Positions 1 to 14,300 of a stretch of DNA of 64,000 nucleotides are shown piece after piece (position 1 is the stretch's first letter; the number at the start of each line of letters is the position of its first letter). A program made the translations under genes and the position numbers. Location of the stretch: assembly GCA_030141605.1 (NCBI GenBank), contig JAQGDQ010000385.1, positions 124,001 through 188,000 on the forward strand. Reading direction: 5' to 3'. The DNA is from Tubiluchus corallicola. Its lineage: Eukaryota; Animalia; Priapulida. The notes under the pieces are model-generated. The model searched no databases. It saw only the letters and a program-made list of their open reading frames with translations, and was not told where the DNA came from.

Positions 1-59
1 GGCAGTAATATATTCTAAATGCGAATGCGGATTTAGAATGTAGAAGTAATTTTTGTAAT

Positions 60-353
60 TTGAATTAAATGTAGTATAAACCTGGGTACAACAATTACGC
101 CACAGTAAATTGTGGCAGTGAACGTAACTTTGTTAGAAAACAAATTTTAAATGTGCTTGCAACTAAATTGAGCACCACCTTCGTGTAAAATTGGGTAATA
201 ATGACTTCGTGTTTTAAATGTGTGGGTAAAGATATACACGGTGAGGAACATACATTGTTAGATTGTCAACTTACTGAACGTTTTAGAAACCAGTCATTTA
301 ACAATACGTTTGATTTAATGAGCTCAACAAATTACTTTACCTTGCTTTTTTGA
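60..353 (+). pseudogene. Decayed 3' end of a non-LTR retrotransposon ORF2
   Basis: Frame-broken translation HHLRVKLG...CFKCVGKDIHGEEHTLLDCQLTERFR resembles the HxLxIExGR motif plus the C-terminal CxxC...EH...C zinc motif of LINE ORF2 proteins. Confidence 0.5.
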
Positions 354-3300
354 AAAGTTTTAAGTCTATTTAAATAATAAAGTAGCTCTGGTCTTATTTG
401 AATCCAGCAGCATGCATACATAGTATTTGTTACACAGAGTCACCATTGTGACACTTGCATAAACACATAAAGGCAGATACACATGACTTGCGTATAAGCG
501 TCGAACGCGCGTGTGTACATCGTGCGCTCAAAAACACGATAATAATCACCTTTGCACGAAAAGAGCGGCCGGGAAAAGTGTCATAAGCAAAGCATGATGC
601 AATTATTTAACGTTATTCTTTGAGCTGTTTTCCCGAAGGTGTTGTTAGCCTGACAATCTATACGGCTACACGTTATGGTTTGTTTGCTGGCTTCTTGTCA
701 ATTGCGTCTGAATTGGGAGTTATGGTAAGCAGAAAATATTATACACAGATGGTTACACACGTAATATCATTTGGAGGAAAAGAGTTTTGCAATAATGAAG
801 TGCAATTTAGAGGTTAAATTGGGTAAACCACCTGAGTAATATTCTTTATACATTGATCTTGTTCTAATCCTAGTGGGAGAGCTGCAGGAATTGTAATGGA
901 AAAAAGAAAAGCGGTGTAGAAACTACGCGTTGAGTGACTCATTGATTAAGGAGAGAAATTCTAGTCGCTTCTTATTTTTCGTCAGTTTTCGTTTTTTACT
1001 GAGAACATTGGCTTTTTGTCACAGATCAGAAATGCAATGCAAGGAAAATTGTAATTGATGCGTATTTTTTAAAATTGAGATTTTTCTAAATTGAAAGCAT
1101 CAGATTGTGGACGAAGTTTCAAGTTGACAGGTGGGCAGGATACAATTTGGTCAAAAAATACAACTTTCTGAAGATTCAGTTCAGTTTTCAGTGCGCATTT
1201 TCGTTTTGTGACTAGTAAACAGATTTATTGTTTAAATGTCATTGCTTTTTGATAGCACTAAATGAAACAATAGAGCTTATGTGAGGCTAGGTTCATGTTT
1301 ATATAAACTTGATTAGCATTGTACAAGACATGCAGAACTTACGTTGAATGTGTGCAGTTGGCTTTAACTATATGACTGGTTACTAGTGTAGGGGTGACTT
1401 AATTCCCCGTGGATACTTCTGCACACCGACAAAGAAATATACGAAGCAGTCCAATGAAATTCGTTGCCAGCTGTCTCCCATATACTACCCGCTGAACATT
1501 TTTCATAATAACATTCATTTGAATATATGCCTTAGAACTGAATGATAGCCAGTCTGTAATAGTTTATCACTCCCACAGTGCTAAACCCAGGGGTACGTGT
1601 AACTTAAGTAAAAGATGGTCTCTATAAATAAACAGCAGTGTATCATTTCATATGTGGTATGATAAGTGATTCTGCGCCCACCCCTAAACTTTGGTGGTGG
1701 TTCAATTTGGACATCAGTCCTCATACATTTTTTTGTCCATTGTCGTAGTAGCTCCTGTTGCGTCCTATCGGCAGTGGCCGAATCTTGCTAATTTGTGCGA
1801 TAGGCGTCGCTACATTCGTTTTCAGCCTGTACATATAATAATAAGCAAATGTTGCAAGTGAGACCTGCCAGAGATGCTATAACTTGAGAAATGTAAACTT
1901 GTGTCGGAATTTCAGTCTAAATGCATGACCAAGGTCAGCCGAAAAGCGGCTGATGCGTGCGCTATATTACTGGCGTTTTAACTGGACTCTGGTTTCCACT
2001 AAATGATTTTCAGCTGCTGCATGAAACGGCGTTTCGAGTTGCTAAAATGTATATGAATAGAGCTGGAAAAATATGTTACATCGGTGCGCTATTCTTGGCC
2101 ATCTGTTATCCGATGATGACCACCAAAATCAACCTGACTGTAAAAACGGGTCATAAGCTATTTTATTACCAACATTACCAGTTGCCTTACATTAACAGTA
2201 GGAAAACCCAAAGCCACCCTTATAATGTGCTAGCCCGTGCAGCTTTTTTCGTGATATGCGCAGTATCGCAATCACGTATAATCCTAATTTGTGAGAGAAT
2301 AATATTGCATATTTGCTGCAGCCTTGCCTCGCTGCTGTCGCTGTCGTGCCATTGTTGTTGATGTTGATGTTGTTGTTGCTACAGTTCTCTTGTTAATAAA
2401 TTTTGTATAATAAATGGCGCACTAGGTGGCAGATAAGATGCGGATCTTCTTGATAAAATTAACAGCATTTCTCCAAGTTTCGTTGGAAGAAAATGCTATA
2501 AGGTTATTGACTTACACATCACACACGTGGTGTACACAACTTTTCATCGTCGTATAATTGCATGGTCAGTGAGTAGCTGAACTCTTTCGCCACTGGTTAC
2601 TTAAATACTTCCAGTTCAAGGTTGCTTACTTTGCACTAGGTCATTGGCATTTCAACATTTACTCTTCTGAAAAGAATGCGCTTTATCGGTGCTTATGCTA
2701 ATACTACTTTGCTAAAGTTTTACACTTTGGCTACTTCTATGATGCTTTTAAAATGAACTGGCGGCTTAGATGCAGCGATATCAATGATACGTCCTATACC
2801 TTAGATGCCCTTTCTCCCGCTGCCCTTTCTTCAAAAAATGTTTTCAAATTATTATTTGTATTATATCTGTGTGTGTTTTGCAAGATAAATAAAAGATTGT
2901 GTTATGTTATGTTACGTTACGTTATGTTATACATTGACTCACCCTGACAATCTTTAACGTAAACGGAACTTCATTATTTGAATACGCTAATATGTATCAT
3001 ATAAAGTTGTTGACACTCTCCCAACACTAATCAGTCAGATAAATTTACAAAAATACTTTTGTGACATCCATTAACAGTGGAGTAGTAGTTGTTCAACTCG
3101 GTTGGTCAATTTTCATTTTACTTTTGTGAATTTTTTGCAAAACTTGAATTGCAAAACACTTGTATCATTTTAACTTGATAAATAGGTTACAGTGGAAATT
3201 GCGCTGCGCCGTACCTAGATAGTAAATTGGAAATTGGCTTAACTTCTTTTGGAGGTGTGTTAGTGTAACAGAGTTTGAAGCGTCTAATGAAGTGAACCGA

Positions 3301-3686
3301 TATCGATAATTATTAATTACGATAATTAGATTTGTTCAGCGGCTGCCAAAAAAGATTTTGGTTTTCGAGACATTTTAGAACTTTATTTTGTAACCTGTTG
3401 TAAAATTGTAAATGCTAAACTCCAGCCGTTTTTACAGTAATTTACTGCTATGAAATGTTACTGCTTATGCTACGATGGCTTCTGTGTAAGAATAACGTTT
3501 AATGTAAATAAAACCCAAATTCTAGGTAAATTTCCAAACGTTTTTTCCTGGCTTCAACTTCTGTAAGGCTGACCGTTTCCTTTTAACATAATTTGACACA
3601 AACTGCTTGTTATAATTATTATACCTGTTGCAGTTCTTTTTCTTTTTTTCTTTGCCTCTCTTGATATGTGTTTTGTTTCTTTGCAG

Positions 3687-6600
3687 GTTTGTCATCAGAA
3701 TCACAAAGTGAAGAAGATGACGTCAATGATCTTACAGACGCACATGTTTGTGGAAAATGCAATGCAGAACTATTCGGACTGGCAAATTTTCTCAAGCATA
3801 AAAAGACATGTAGGAGGAAAAGACTTGTATTGATAGTAGACGAAAATGGACGCTTGCCAGCCGAAGATGGCGTTGATTCTCAAAATAATTTAGTGAAAGA
3901 ACATGACAACAATTTTACAGATATAATGGACACAGACGATTATTCACAGAGTGCGATGGGACAAACAAGAAGCTCGTCTGATACCTCTCAGGTGTCACCT
4001 CCTTTCAAGCTTCCAGATTCAAATCTTGTATTGGAGAGCATTCGAAACACCAAAAAAGCAGTGGCGCAGTTCGCTACTAACAATTTTCCACCATCGGATC
4101 TTCAAGCTTTATACAACACACTAGACAGTTTACAGCAACATCAACTTGTACAACTAGAATTACTACAGCAGCTGCAAGTCCAGTTGACGGGGAGTGTTCC
4201 TTCAGTTGCACGGCCTTCTTTTGGCACAGGACAGTCTGAAGCACCCTCATCGTTTCCAATAATAAGCTCATTATCACCTATTATATCTAATATCACATCA
4301 ACCCCAACTAGTGCAATCTTGACACCAATACTGTCGCGACTTCCCTTGCATTCGACATCCCAAGCTTCTGCGCAAACTTCTACAATATGTACAGTGGCAT
4401 CTACAACATCAACCACAGTGACAAGTTCAGCAATAACCAGTGCAGAATCAAGCATAAGTAAGTCAGCGCCAACTTCATCGAAATCGTTAGGTTCGACACC
4501 AGTGCTTCCTTCAAAATCTCCAGGTGCTCTAGAACTTTTAGCACAAACTGCTGTGGGAGCATTACCTAGTCCTGGACCAGTTGATATGGCACAAATTATG
4601 TCCCACAACCCAAATTTCAATATGTTTGACAAACGTTCAGATGACCCGTTTTTGCGTCGGAGATGTCAGTATTGCGGAAAAGCATTTGGTAGTGACAGTG
4701 CCCTGCAGATACATATTCGGTCACATACAGGTGAACGACCTTTTAAATGTAATATTTGTGGAAGCCGTTTTACCACAAAAGGAAATCTAAAAGTCCATTT
4801 CCAACGCCACAAAGCAAAATACCCCCATATCCCTATGAATCCACATCCTGTTCCAGAGTATTTGGACCACATAACAACCTCTGCTTCTATGCTACCTCAC
4901 ATGCCTCCAGTCTTTACTGGACCACATATGCCCCTGCCTCTTATAGGACCTGCTGGCACTCCACTAGCTATGCCACCTATCATGTCCTCTGCATCAATGA
5001 TTAGTGGCCCATTGCCTCCACCATCTACACGAGATTCGAATCAATTGACATTCAAAGACAATGATGACAGTATGGGAGGATCGGTATCTCCAAGTGAACC
5101 TTTGTCTCCAGATGCAGAATATGGACCAAATGATTCTGCTGCTGATAAGATGGATGATGAGGCCATTGAAATGGATATGGATGACAGGAAATCATTATCA
5201 TCAGAATCTGTGAATTCTTTGTCAGCACCTAGTGCTTCTGCAGCATTCCCTTCTTTTAGCGAAGCTAACATACCAACTGAGGATCCATTATCAGTAAATA
5301 CTTCAGGGGGCGAATCACCGGTGCAAGAAATCATCAGCCCAACAAAATTTGCTTCTGGTGATCTTGAAGAATACATGGAAGTAGCAAGAACACCTGAAAC
5401 ATCAAAACTTCAGCAGCTTGTTAACAATATAGAATCAAAGTCTGCCACCGAGGCAAATCAGTGCATCATATGTAATCGAGTACTAAGTTGCAAAAGTGCA
5501 CTGAATATGCATTATCGCACACATACTGGGGAAAGGCCATTTAAGTGTCGTATCTGCTCACGTGCTTTTACAACTAAAGGAAACTTGAAAACTCACATGG
5601 GCGTCCACAGGATTAAACTACCAGGAAGAGTACTGAATAACTGTCCCATTTGTCAAAAGCAGTTTTCAAATTCAGTTGTGTTACAACAGCACATTCGTAT
5701 GCATTCTGAAGGTCATCACATGCTTCCACTTCCCAGCAGTGATGCACAACAGATGCAGTTGTCACCTGGTCAGTCTCTTGCAAGTAGTGGGATTTCACCT
5801 CGGGAAAAGAATGATCAGTACTCTGCTAAGTGCTCTGACGGTGAGCAGCAGTCTCCAAACGATCCACCCAACAATACAATTCACAATTCTAATACTAGAG
5901 CATCTCCATCTGCTTCTGCATCTGAGATGACCAATGAGGATGCAATGTCTGAGCAGGATGTTATGTTAGAAATTGCTCATCAGAGGCAGAAGTCATTTGA
6001 CATTCTCTCACACAGCCAGTCTATGCCAGTTCTTCCTACTCACAATGATGCAAGTGCTGCGGAATTGTCTTCTCACGTGCAGATGATGGCAAAGCAAGCT
6101 TTGCACATGCAGATGATGTCTGATCTTTCATTTCACGAAAGACTGATGCTGGAGCACTCCTTTTCATCCAAAATGATGGCATCTTATTTTGATAATCAGA
6201 GAGCTATGAATGAAAAACCAGAATATAGTACAAACCAACATTCACCTCGTAGCGATTCACTGTTCCAAAATCCTGGACATCTTCAGTTTAGGGCAGATCA
6301 AATTGACAAGCAATTACAAGATAATTTTACAGGTGATAAGTTCCCAGGTTACCCTATAAAATTAGAAAGTGGTGGACAAGAAGAAAGAATTGCTAATTCA
6401 TTTCAGAACAAATTTTCACGGGATATGCCTAGAGACATGTCAGTGACGGATGAAAGTGAATGTAGCAGATATGATAAATTTGGCACGAGCACTCTGCAGT
6501 ATTCACGTCATTCTGAAGTAAAACCTAAAGAACTACTTGATACAGGATATCAACATTCCCATGAATCTCAGACAGAACTGAATAGTTCTGTTTCACCTAC

Positions 6601-7786
6601 CTCAAATAAAAGTTTTGAAGAAAACATTGCAGCAAAGGAGAAGACTGAAATGTCTGTAGCAACACTACGACCACAGAGTGAGGGATCCTGCCATTCATAT
6701 GAAGAAGGATCTCTATCTTCTGAAAAAGATCAACGAGACAAAGAGTTATCTTTATTACTAGCCACATCTGATAGTCAGACACTAAACAAGGACATTCAGT
6801 CAACACAGCACGACATTAAAAATATGATGTCCCAGCCAAAAACAAATGGGATGGGTGTGCTAGATCTTAGTACAGGAACAAACATCACATGTAAAGTCTG
6901 TTTCAAACCGCTGCTCTCTCCTAGTGATGTGGATATTCATATGCGTTTGCATGGAATTGAAAAGAGTTATCAGTGCGAAGTATGCGATAGGTCGTTCCTT
7001 AGTAAAGATAATCTGAAGCAGCATATGCTGACACACAAGATTCGGGACCTTCCCCCACAAGCTTTCCAGGGTGAAAAACGACACAGGGAAAATCAAGATG
7101 AGAACTCATATCCTGTGAGACAACATTCACCTCACAATGTGCAACAACAACAACAACAGCACCAGCAGCGGATGGCTCAAGATTCCAGACATCAGTGTCA
7201 AGTTTGCATGAAGCACTTCAGCAGCAGCAGTGCAGTACAGATCCATATGCGCACACATACAGGTGAAAAACCTTTCAAATGTAATGTATGTAATAAAGCA
7301 TTTACCACGAAAGGCAATCTCAAAGTACATATGGGGACCCACATGTGGAACAATCAGTCACGCCGGGGTCGTCGAATGTCATTTCCCGACCATCCCGTTC
7401 CTAACCCTGTTGATGCAGCACGTATAATGAACAGCCTTAACCGCCCACCTGGCCCTGACAGCTTGTTTTTTCCTTTTCCTACCTCGTTTGCTAATGGCCT
7501 CACACCAAAGATGAGTGAACCGCCGCTGATGCTGACAGGATCAACAGCAGCTGTGAGTAGTAGTGCAGGTCCAAGTCCACCTCTGACAGGCAGCTTGACC
7601 AAAAGAGAGAAACTGGAAACATCTGATCGCAGTTTTGAAGAAAGCATTCCGAGAGGTCCAGGTTTGTGGATGTGGAGCACCACCTGTAAAGTATGCAATA
7701 AGGATTGTGGTACACCCGCTGGTTTGTTCACTCATGTCACAACTGAACATAGTTTAGACACAGCTGTCACTGCTACCTCTGTTTGA
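3687..7786 (+). CDS. SALL: Spalt/Sal-like C2H2 zinc-finger transcription factor, large terminal coding exon; short first exon not in the window
   Basis: Acceptor ttttgtttctttgcag|G at 3686/3687 (phase 1), stop TGA 7784-7786. Encodes an N-terminal C2HC finger (HVCGKC...HKKTC), a Q-rich region ([16 protein letters not shown]), three finger clusters with the SAL box [22 protein letters not shown] linkers and [14 protein letters not shown]. No MSRRKQ-type exon 1 found in 1-3686. Confidence 0.97.
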
Positions 7787-8296
7787 TGCTTACTACCTCA
7801 TGCTCTGCTTCTGTAGGACCTATACGCTTTCATGTGCCAGTATGGTGGATGTAATAATTTTGCTCAGTTTAGCAATCAAAGTGCTTAAAAGCTAAGGAAA
7901 TGCTTCTTCACACCGCTCCAATGTAAAAAATGTGATACTGGAGTTGCAGTGCTACGTAGATTAGATCACTTGCAAACCAGTTTGTGGTGCTCAATCTGGC
8001 ATAGAGTGATCACTTAATGCAAAATATTATATGTGCTAATGTGGCAATTATTGTTTTTCTGTAAAATGGTCGATTGCACTTTGCTGAGTATTTGTGTTTT
8101 AATGATAACATATTTCTTCTACATTGTATATTTATAGTGTGGTGTATATTGAAGCAATTGTTATAGAAGCATAATGTACTGACAAGCTGAGATTTGGCAT
8201 TGCATTGCACACCTTATTGTAATTTACAAAAATGGTAAACGAATCTCCTTTACTAAATAATGATGCTTATCATAATCATGGTTGAGCAACTCATCT

Positions 8297-8304
<8 letters not shown>

Positions 8305-8333
<29 letters not shown>

Positions 8334-8396
8334 TGTATGTATGTATGTATGTATGTATGTATGTATGTATGTATGTATGTACGTACGTACGTACGT
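8305..8396. repeat. (GTAT)n/(GTAC)n microsatellite in probable SALL 3' UTR
   Basis: Directly visible tetranucleotide run. Confidence 0.95.
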
Positions 8397-10550
8397 CCGT
8401 ATCTCACCATCTATTTTATATAGCAACAGTGATGCCAGTATAACTTCACTCTATTGAAATTATCGTTGCCGTTGTTGTCATTGTTGTTATTCATTTGATT
8501 TATCATATTTAATTAATTTCAATGATTAGCTACCTATATTTTTTTCTTTTGTGGTGTCATCATTTTCTGATTCCTGATAATTTGTTGTACATAGCATTAT
8601 TATATATATTGAGTCTGTATTTTATTGTAAAGCCACTAGCAGTATTTTTCCGTTTAGTTGGCCTTTGCTCACCTCAGGTTTTGCTTTACCCAAGACGTAC
8701 GGAGGGACAGACATCACAAATACGGGGTATGTAATATAGCTAATATGTCTGCCCTTCAGTATGATGTCAACCAAAATGAAAATCTGATTACGTTACGCTT
8801 CTCTATACATGCTTTTATGTGGTTATGTGTTTATTTTTGTTGAGATTATTATAATCATCTTGAGTGTGCTAATTACACTGCAGCCCGGCTGCAAAGGTGT
8901 CATGATGTATAGGCCTAATATTAATGCATTCAATCAAAATAATAATAATAATAATAATGTTATTATAGTAGAAGATGATGTGCTGTAGACATGTTAAGAT
9001 ATCTTACAAGTATTGAAAGATTAATGAGTGATTTCACTGAATTGTATGACACTGTTTGACAACGATGGAATGCTGTTTGTTACCTGTCTGTCTGCCACTC
9101 AAGCATCCAAAGGAGGCTTAAAATTTCGCCATTTAATTTTTGCATTAAAGGTTGGAACTAATAATTATATTGACGTAGTTTACATAGTTCGTATATCAAC
9201 TGTAATTTTCGCCGTCTTGCCCAGCGTGACGTCGGCTAAAACCGCACCGACCGTTTATCTGTTAACCTTTAACTTTCATAAAAATTATACAATGTTGCCT
9301 GAATACTGTAGGATTATATCTGTTGTCTTCCAAAGATTTGTAATAGTAGTTAGGTTAAATATTCCAAAGATGAATACGAAATAATCAGGAGGCAACTATA
9401 AACTTTTCTGGTTTTTGCGTAATGAAAATGAAGAAAGTTTACACTATCTTACTGGGGTCCATTTTCTTCCATTTTAACGGTGTAAGGTTAAGTAATTTTG
9501 CGGATGATGATCAACGCCGTCAGCAAGCCATACTGCTCATGAAAATGCATAATGTCCAAACAGCAAGACATTGTCATTGCCTTGGTTAAGCCACTTTACA
9601 AATCAGCCACGTCATTATCACAGTCAAGCATGCCTCCTATGGCATCTCAAATCTCGATGGTCTGATCGAAGGCATGGCCAATGACTAGCCAAATGTTGAG
9701 CCTTAAGCTAAATAGAAATAAAGTTGTTTGATGCCACGCGAAAATTCGCAAAATCAAAGATAGACGCTCAATGCTAGCAACAAGTAAAGAAAAGACGCAC
9801 GATTTAAAAATAATCAAGTCCTGCTTCATGCCTTCATTCTTAGTGATTGTTTGTTAATTGTAAAAAATGAAATTGAAGTTTATCAAATTTGTTACAATTC
9901 TCGAAGCCACGTGGTCGCATTATTAAATTCTCTGAAGTTTAAACGCATGATTAATGCTGCTGTTGTTATAAATTAATAAGTAATATATTTATTTAAAACA
10001 AGGCGTTTCGGTTTATTCGCTAAACCACTCTCAACCGACATATCTCCTATGGGTGTTCGCGGCTGTGATAATCACTGGTATAAGTAAAACTTGTTACACT
10101 TACATAGGAGTATTTACGCTGCTAAAACCACTAAAATTGGAACTAAGAACAAGCACAGTAAAATAAAATATTGAGGCGCAAACTTCATGTTGTTGCTTTG
10201 CTGTCCGGTGGGCAAAATAATAATTATAAAATTAATAAATAATCAAGTTAACCTATATTTTAGCAAAAGTGAATATTATGTTAATACCACCGGCATTACA
10301 GCCTCATTTTGATTTCCGCACAAGGAGTAGTGTCTTTATTAAATTCTGTCAGATTAAACTTGTGAGCGATTATAAAATTCGATGCGTACGTTGGTGGTTA
10401 TTCAAATACAAAACTTGGTAGAATGTTGATGCATGTATCGATAGTATGTAGTATTGTAATATATTTATATGTAAAAGCCTGTGAGTCGTGTGATTTTTGT
10501 GCGTACTCAAGCTTTAGCCAATTTTTTCGTATTGTGAAAATTATAATTGA

Positions 10551-11351
10551 CTAGCAAAGGCCCCGCAAAAGATTTTGCGTATAAATACACGTGTAATCAA
10601 TAATACGCGAACATTCTACCTAGTACTCATTTATAACACAAAGCCCGTAACATCCTGCCTACTGTTTGTTTACTTTGCCTGTAGCAGCTTTTTGCTGAAT
10701 TAAAGCTATAAGATTATAGACAGAGTACAATGGATGACGTCACTACAATGGCTTTGCGTCAGCAGTTTTCTAAGTGAAAATTGTCGAAAATGGAACATCC
10801 AATTAACTCGTCGGTACTCCTCTCGGTGGACCTGCCCTAAAATATAGCCCACATCATCGTGTAGCCCCGTTCTTTCTCTTTGTAAAGAGCTATATATCTC
10901 CTTCCGAGAGTCCCACCAGGCGCCGCTAGAACGTTTTTTCCGCATGCTGTTTAATCAGAATTTCGAAAAAATCGCGAGTTGGGTCCGGAAAAACGCCCGT
11001 TGCGGGGCGCCGTGGCCCTCTCGCGAATTCTAAATAGGCCTATGACACCCATCGCTGAACGGGCTATCTATCCATACCCAGCACCACCCTCGGCCCATTC
11101 CCGTTCTCTACATCTCAGCCGTATAACTTTTGCAAAAAACGGCCGAAAAAGGGCCATTTTTGGGGGTTTTTCGCCTCCCGTTCCTCCCGGTGGGCCCGAT
11201 TCGAAAAATAAACCCCCAATGAGACGACACTAGATCGAGACCTTTCGTTTGATATATAGATCGCCGCAAATGGTGCCCTCGTCGAAGCTGTAGCCTCGAA
11301 TCTTATATATATATAAATAAATATATATACCAAGAATATTAATATAAGAGA
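10551..11351 (-). mobile_element. Non-autonomous Helitron-like element (~800 bp)
   Basis: On the minus strand the 3' end reads hairpin CGCAAAA-TC-TTTTGCG (10579-10564), then GGGCCTTTG, then CTAG|T. The probable 5' end is A|TCTCTTATATT at 11351 with a TA-rich tract. Interior is GC-rich relative to flanks; no TSD. 5' boundary less certain. Confidence 0.65.
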
Positions 11352-14300
11352 TGCTCAGATAGCAATGCGATACATTTTCTGTATTTATGTCAGATGGATC
11401 AATGTAGCTCTTATGTTTGTCAAGCTGAAATAATTTTATTATACTTGTCACTTGGTGTAATTTAACGCCAGAGTTAGTTCTGTAAGCCTCCGCATCGTGT
11501 GCATAGGAGTCAGTCAGTGTCGCAAATATGTCATTTGTAAATTGGTTTTTATTTAGCTTTGACTGGCTAGCAATGTTTTCATGCTTGCGTAAGTGTTATG
11601 TACCGTTCTTCCACTTAGTGTTTTATGAACAAGTTTGTTATTATATAGGTGCTGCAGCTTTGCTTGATTCTGTCAAACCAGCATAATAATACCACGCCGG
11701 GTTTTTATTTTGCTATAATTATTGAATTGATCAAATAAAGCTACATTTTGTATTAATTTAATTGAGTATTAGTCTTTTTTCATGCAACCTTGTTGCTCTT
11801 ATCTCATTTAATTGTATATATAATAATTCTATGTTCGCATTTTATAGTTCACAGTCAAGACAATTATTACAAAATATTATTAAAACATTAATTTAATAAG
11901 AACATTTTATTTAATTATTATATAAGAATTGAACTACAAAATCCTTACATTCTGGCTTTCAAGTTTTTAATAAGTAACTAAGTTAATACCTGCAATACTT
12001 AGTGTGTTTCTGTCTATTTTTCTGCAATCCCATAATCGTCAGCTGGCTAATCATAAAATTCATAAATATAAACTAAATCGCGTGATGTTTCTCTTGCTTA
12101 TGTCTCACATCTTTCACTAAACAACAGCTATTGTAGCGCCTGTGCAATACTATTATATTGGTGATTTTTTTCGAAAAATCACGGTTTTAGTAGTAGTAGT
12201 AATAGTTTTCATTACTAATTTTTTACAACATAACATGTTTTTAACAACCGTTTGGTATAACATAGAATTATTCCATATAGTTTACACGATAAATTACAAT
12301 ACACGATATCCAAACACAGCTCACTATTAAACTGTTACTTCACACACTTAGTAATTTAACTTACATGTATGCAATATTAATTTTTGAAGGCTTTACATTG
12401 AACACATTTTCCAAGACTAAAGACTGATCTAGAGACCTAATATTCTATCACGCAAAATAGACAAGCATGCATTTCATGGTCAAATTTAGTATGCACGGTA
12501 AATAATCAAAGAACCATGCAATGAGGTAAACCTGTGTAATGGCTTCATTTATTTTAGGCCAGGCGACCTTCCCTTTTCGAGTTCATTTCTTTTAGACTTT
12601 TGATTAGTTTTCTTCATTAATTCTTCTTCAGTCAAAGCTAAATATTGAGTTTAAAGAAAAACATTTGAAAACTCTCATGCGTTATAAGTGACTATTGCAA
12701 GAGAACGATCAGCCAATGTCTCTCGACGTGAATCCTTTGTCGGTCAGACAAACAATCTGGCTACCTTAATTGGCAATAAGGAGCTAGTCGAAGATACAAA
12801 TATCAAATCAAGTTTTTCATGCGCCGTTTGATTGATAGCGAAATGGGGTTTGTCGATGTGAAGCTCGATCATGCACAATGCTACGGGTCATGAGAGATTT
12901 CAGATATTTACAGCTGGATTACGCAGTTTCTGATTGTGCGAGATATCAAAAACGGCAAAATTGAGCGGCAAAACACTTTTCCACTGGAATAACAGATAGG
13001 TCAACATGATAATGCTAGGTTAAGAAGAAATCATTATCACAGATGCTGCAAAATATGACTGTGTAATAACTCAATTTGCCATAATATTATGCCGAGCAAT
13101 GCAACGAGGAGATAAAAGAAATGAAAGGTCGCTTTAACGAGCATCGTTGTTTATAGATTCGTCGTTACAAGAGTTGTACAGAGTTCAGCTTACAGTGCCA
13201 CTTGAGGCAAGATGCTTGATTAATTGCACGCACAGAGGAGTACTTAGTCTTAGATGGTTTGTGTAAATAATCCAGCTAAGAAATATATAATTTACCTTGC
13301 ACTACCTTGAAATGACCAATTAACGTGGTCTTTAGCAATAAGATGGCCAAGCTGTGAACCCTGAAATATCTAAATAGTTGCTTACCAATTTCAAAACTTC
13401 AACGTTTTTGTATCAGAGCTTTGAATGTTTGATTGAGAACTCCGTAAATTCATTTATTTTATTCTTTAATAAAAACCAAATTTAAAACAAATGAATGAAT
13501 TAATGCACTATGCACACATTTGGCACGAATGATTCAGAGGATTAAGTTTTGCAACTGCTGTAGTTGTGCGAAAAAATTCTAATTATTCTATACAGACGTG
13601 CGTTATAAGCTAAAAACTAACTCCTTTGATGAAGATGAAACTAAAAGAGGCTTATGTTGAGGAATTCTTCTTATATCAGTCTTTAGGACGCTTGCAGTTT
13701 TCAAAAGCCTAAATAGAACTGTTACGTGGAAAACAGCACGTGCACTACTAAATCAGTTAATACAATAATACAGAATCTTCTTTAAACTGTGTTAAAATGT
13801 TTAACTTTTAAGGTAGAAGAATATCTTCTGTGCTCTCCTGTAAACCTGAAAATAAAAATTTATTCTTATAATTGTGATTGGTTAACAAAAATTATCAGTT
13901 AAATTTTAATTCCGATAAATAGCCTAACAGAATCTTCAATTCGTTTCACACTTCCCGTTTCTCATTAATGCCTTCAATTTTCCGAAATTCGCTAGAACGG
14001 CAAATCTACTTTATGCCGTCGCTTTGCAATTAGACATTTTTCTTTCTTCTGGTTTCTTTCACGTTCAGGCTTGTTTTAAATGTAGCTCCTATGTCAAGCA
14101 AGTCCCGAGTCAGAAGGTTTCTTAAGCAGATACAGCTATCTGTCAGTTTGTGTATGTCTGCCACTGATCCTCGGGAGTTTTAATCTGACCGTATTTGCAA
14201 TTAGAGACTACGTGTGCGTCATACTAATCATGTCTCTCATGCGTGTTATTGCCACGTGGATGCATCAGCATTCTGCCTATAAAACCTGCAAAGTCATTTT

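Noticed and set aside
1957-2361. 134-aa ORF in the SALL intron
   Set aside because: No ATG start, no homology motifs, no MSRRKQ signature.
3668-3686. GTG start of the 1372-aa ORF
   Set aside because: Lies in the polypyrimidine tract of the acceptor; the real start is in an upstream exon.
4077-7750. Antisense and alternate-frame ORFs within SALL
   Set aside because: Shadow ORFs of a long coding exon with no recognisable domains.
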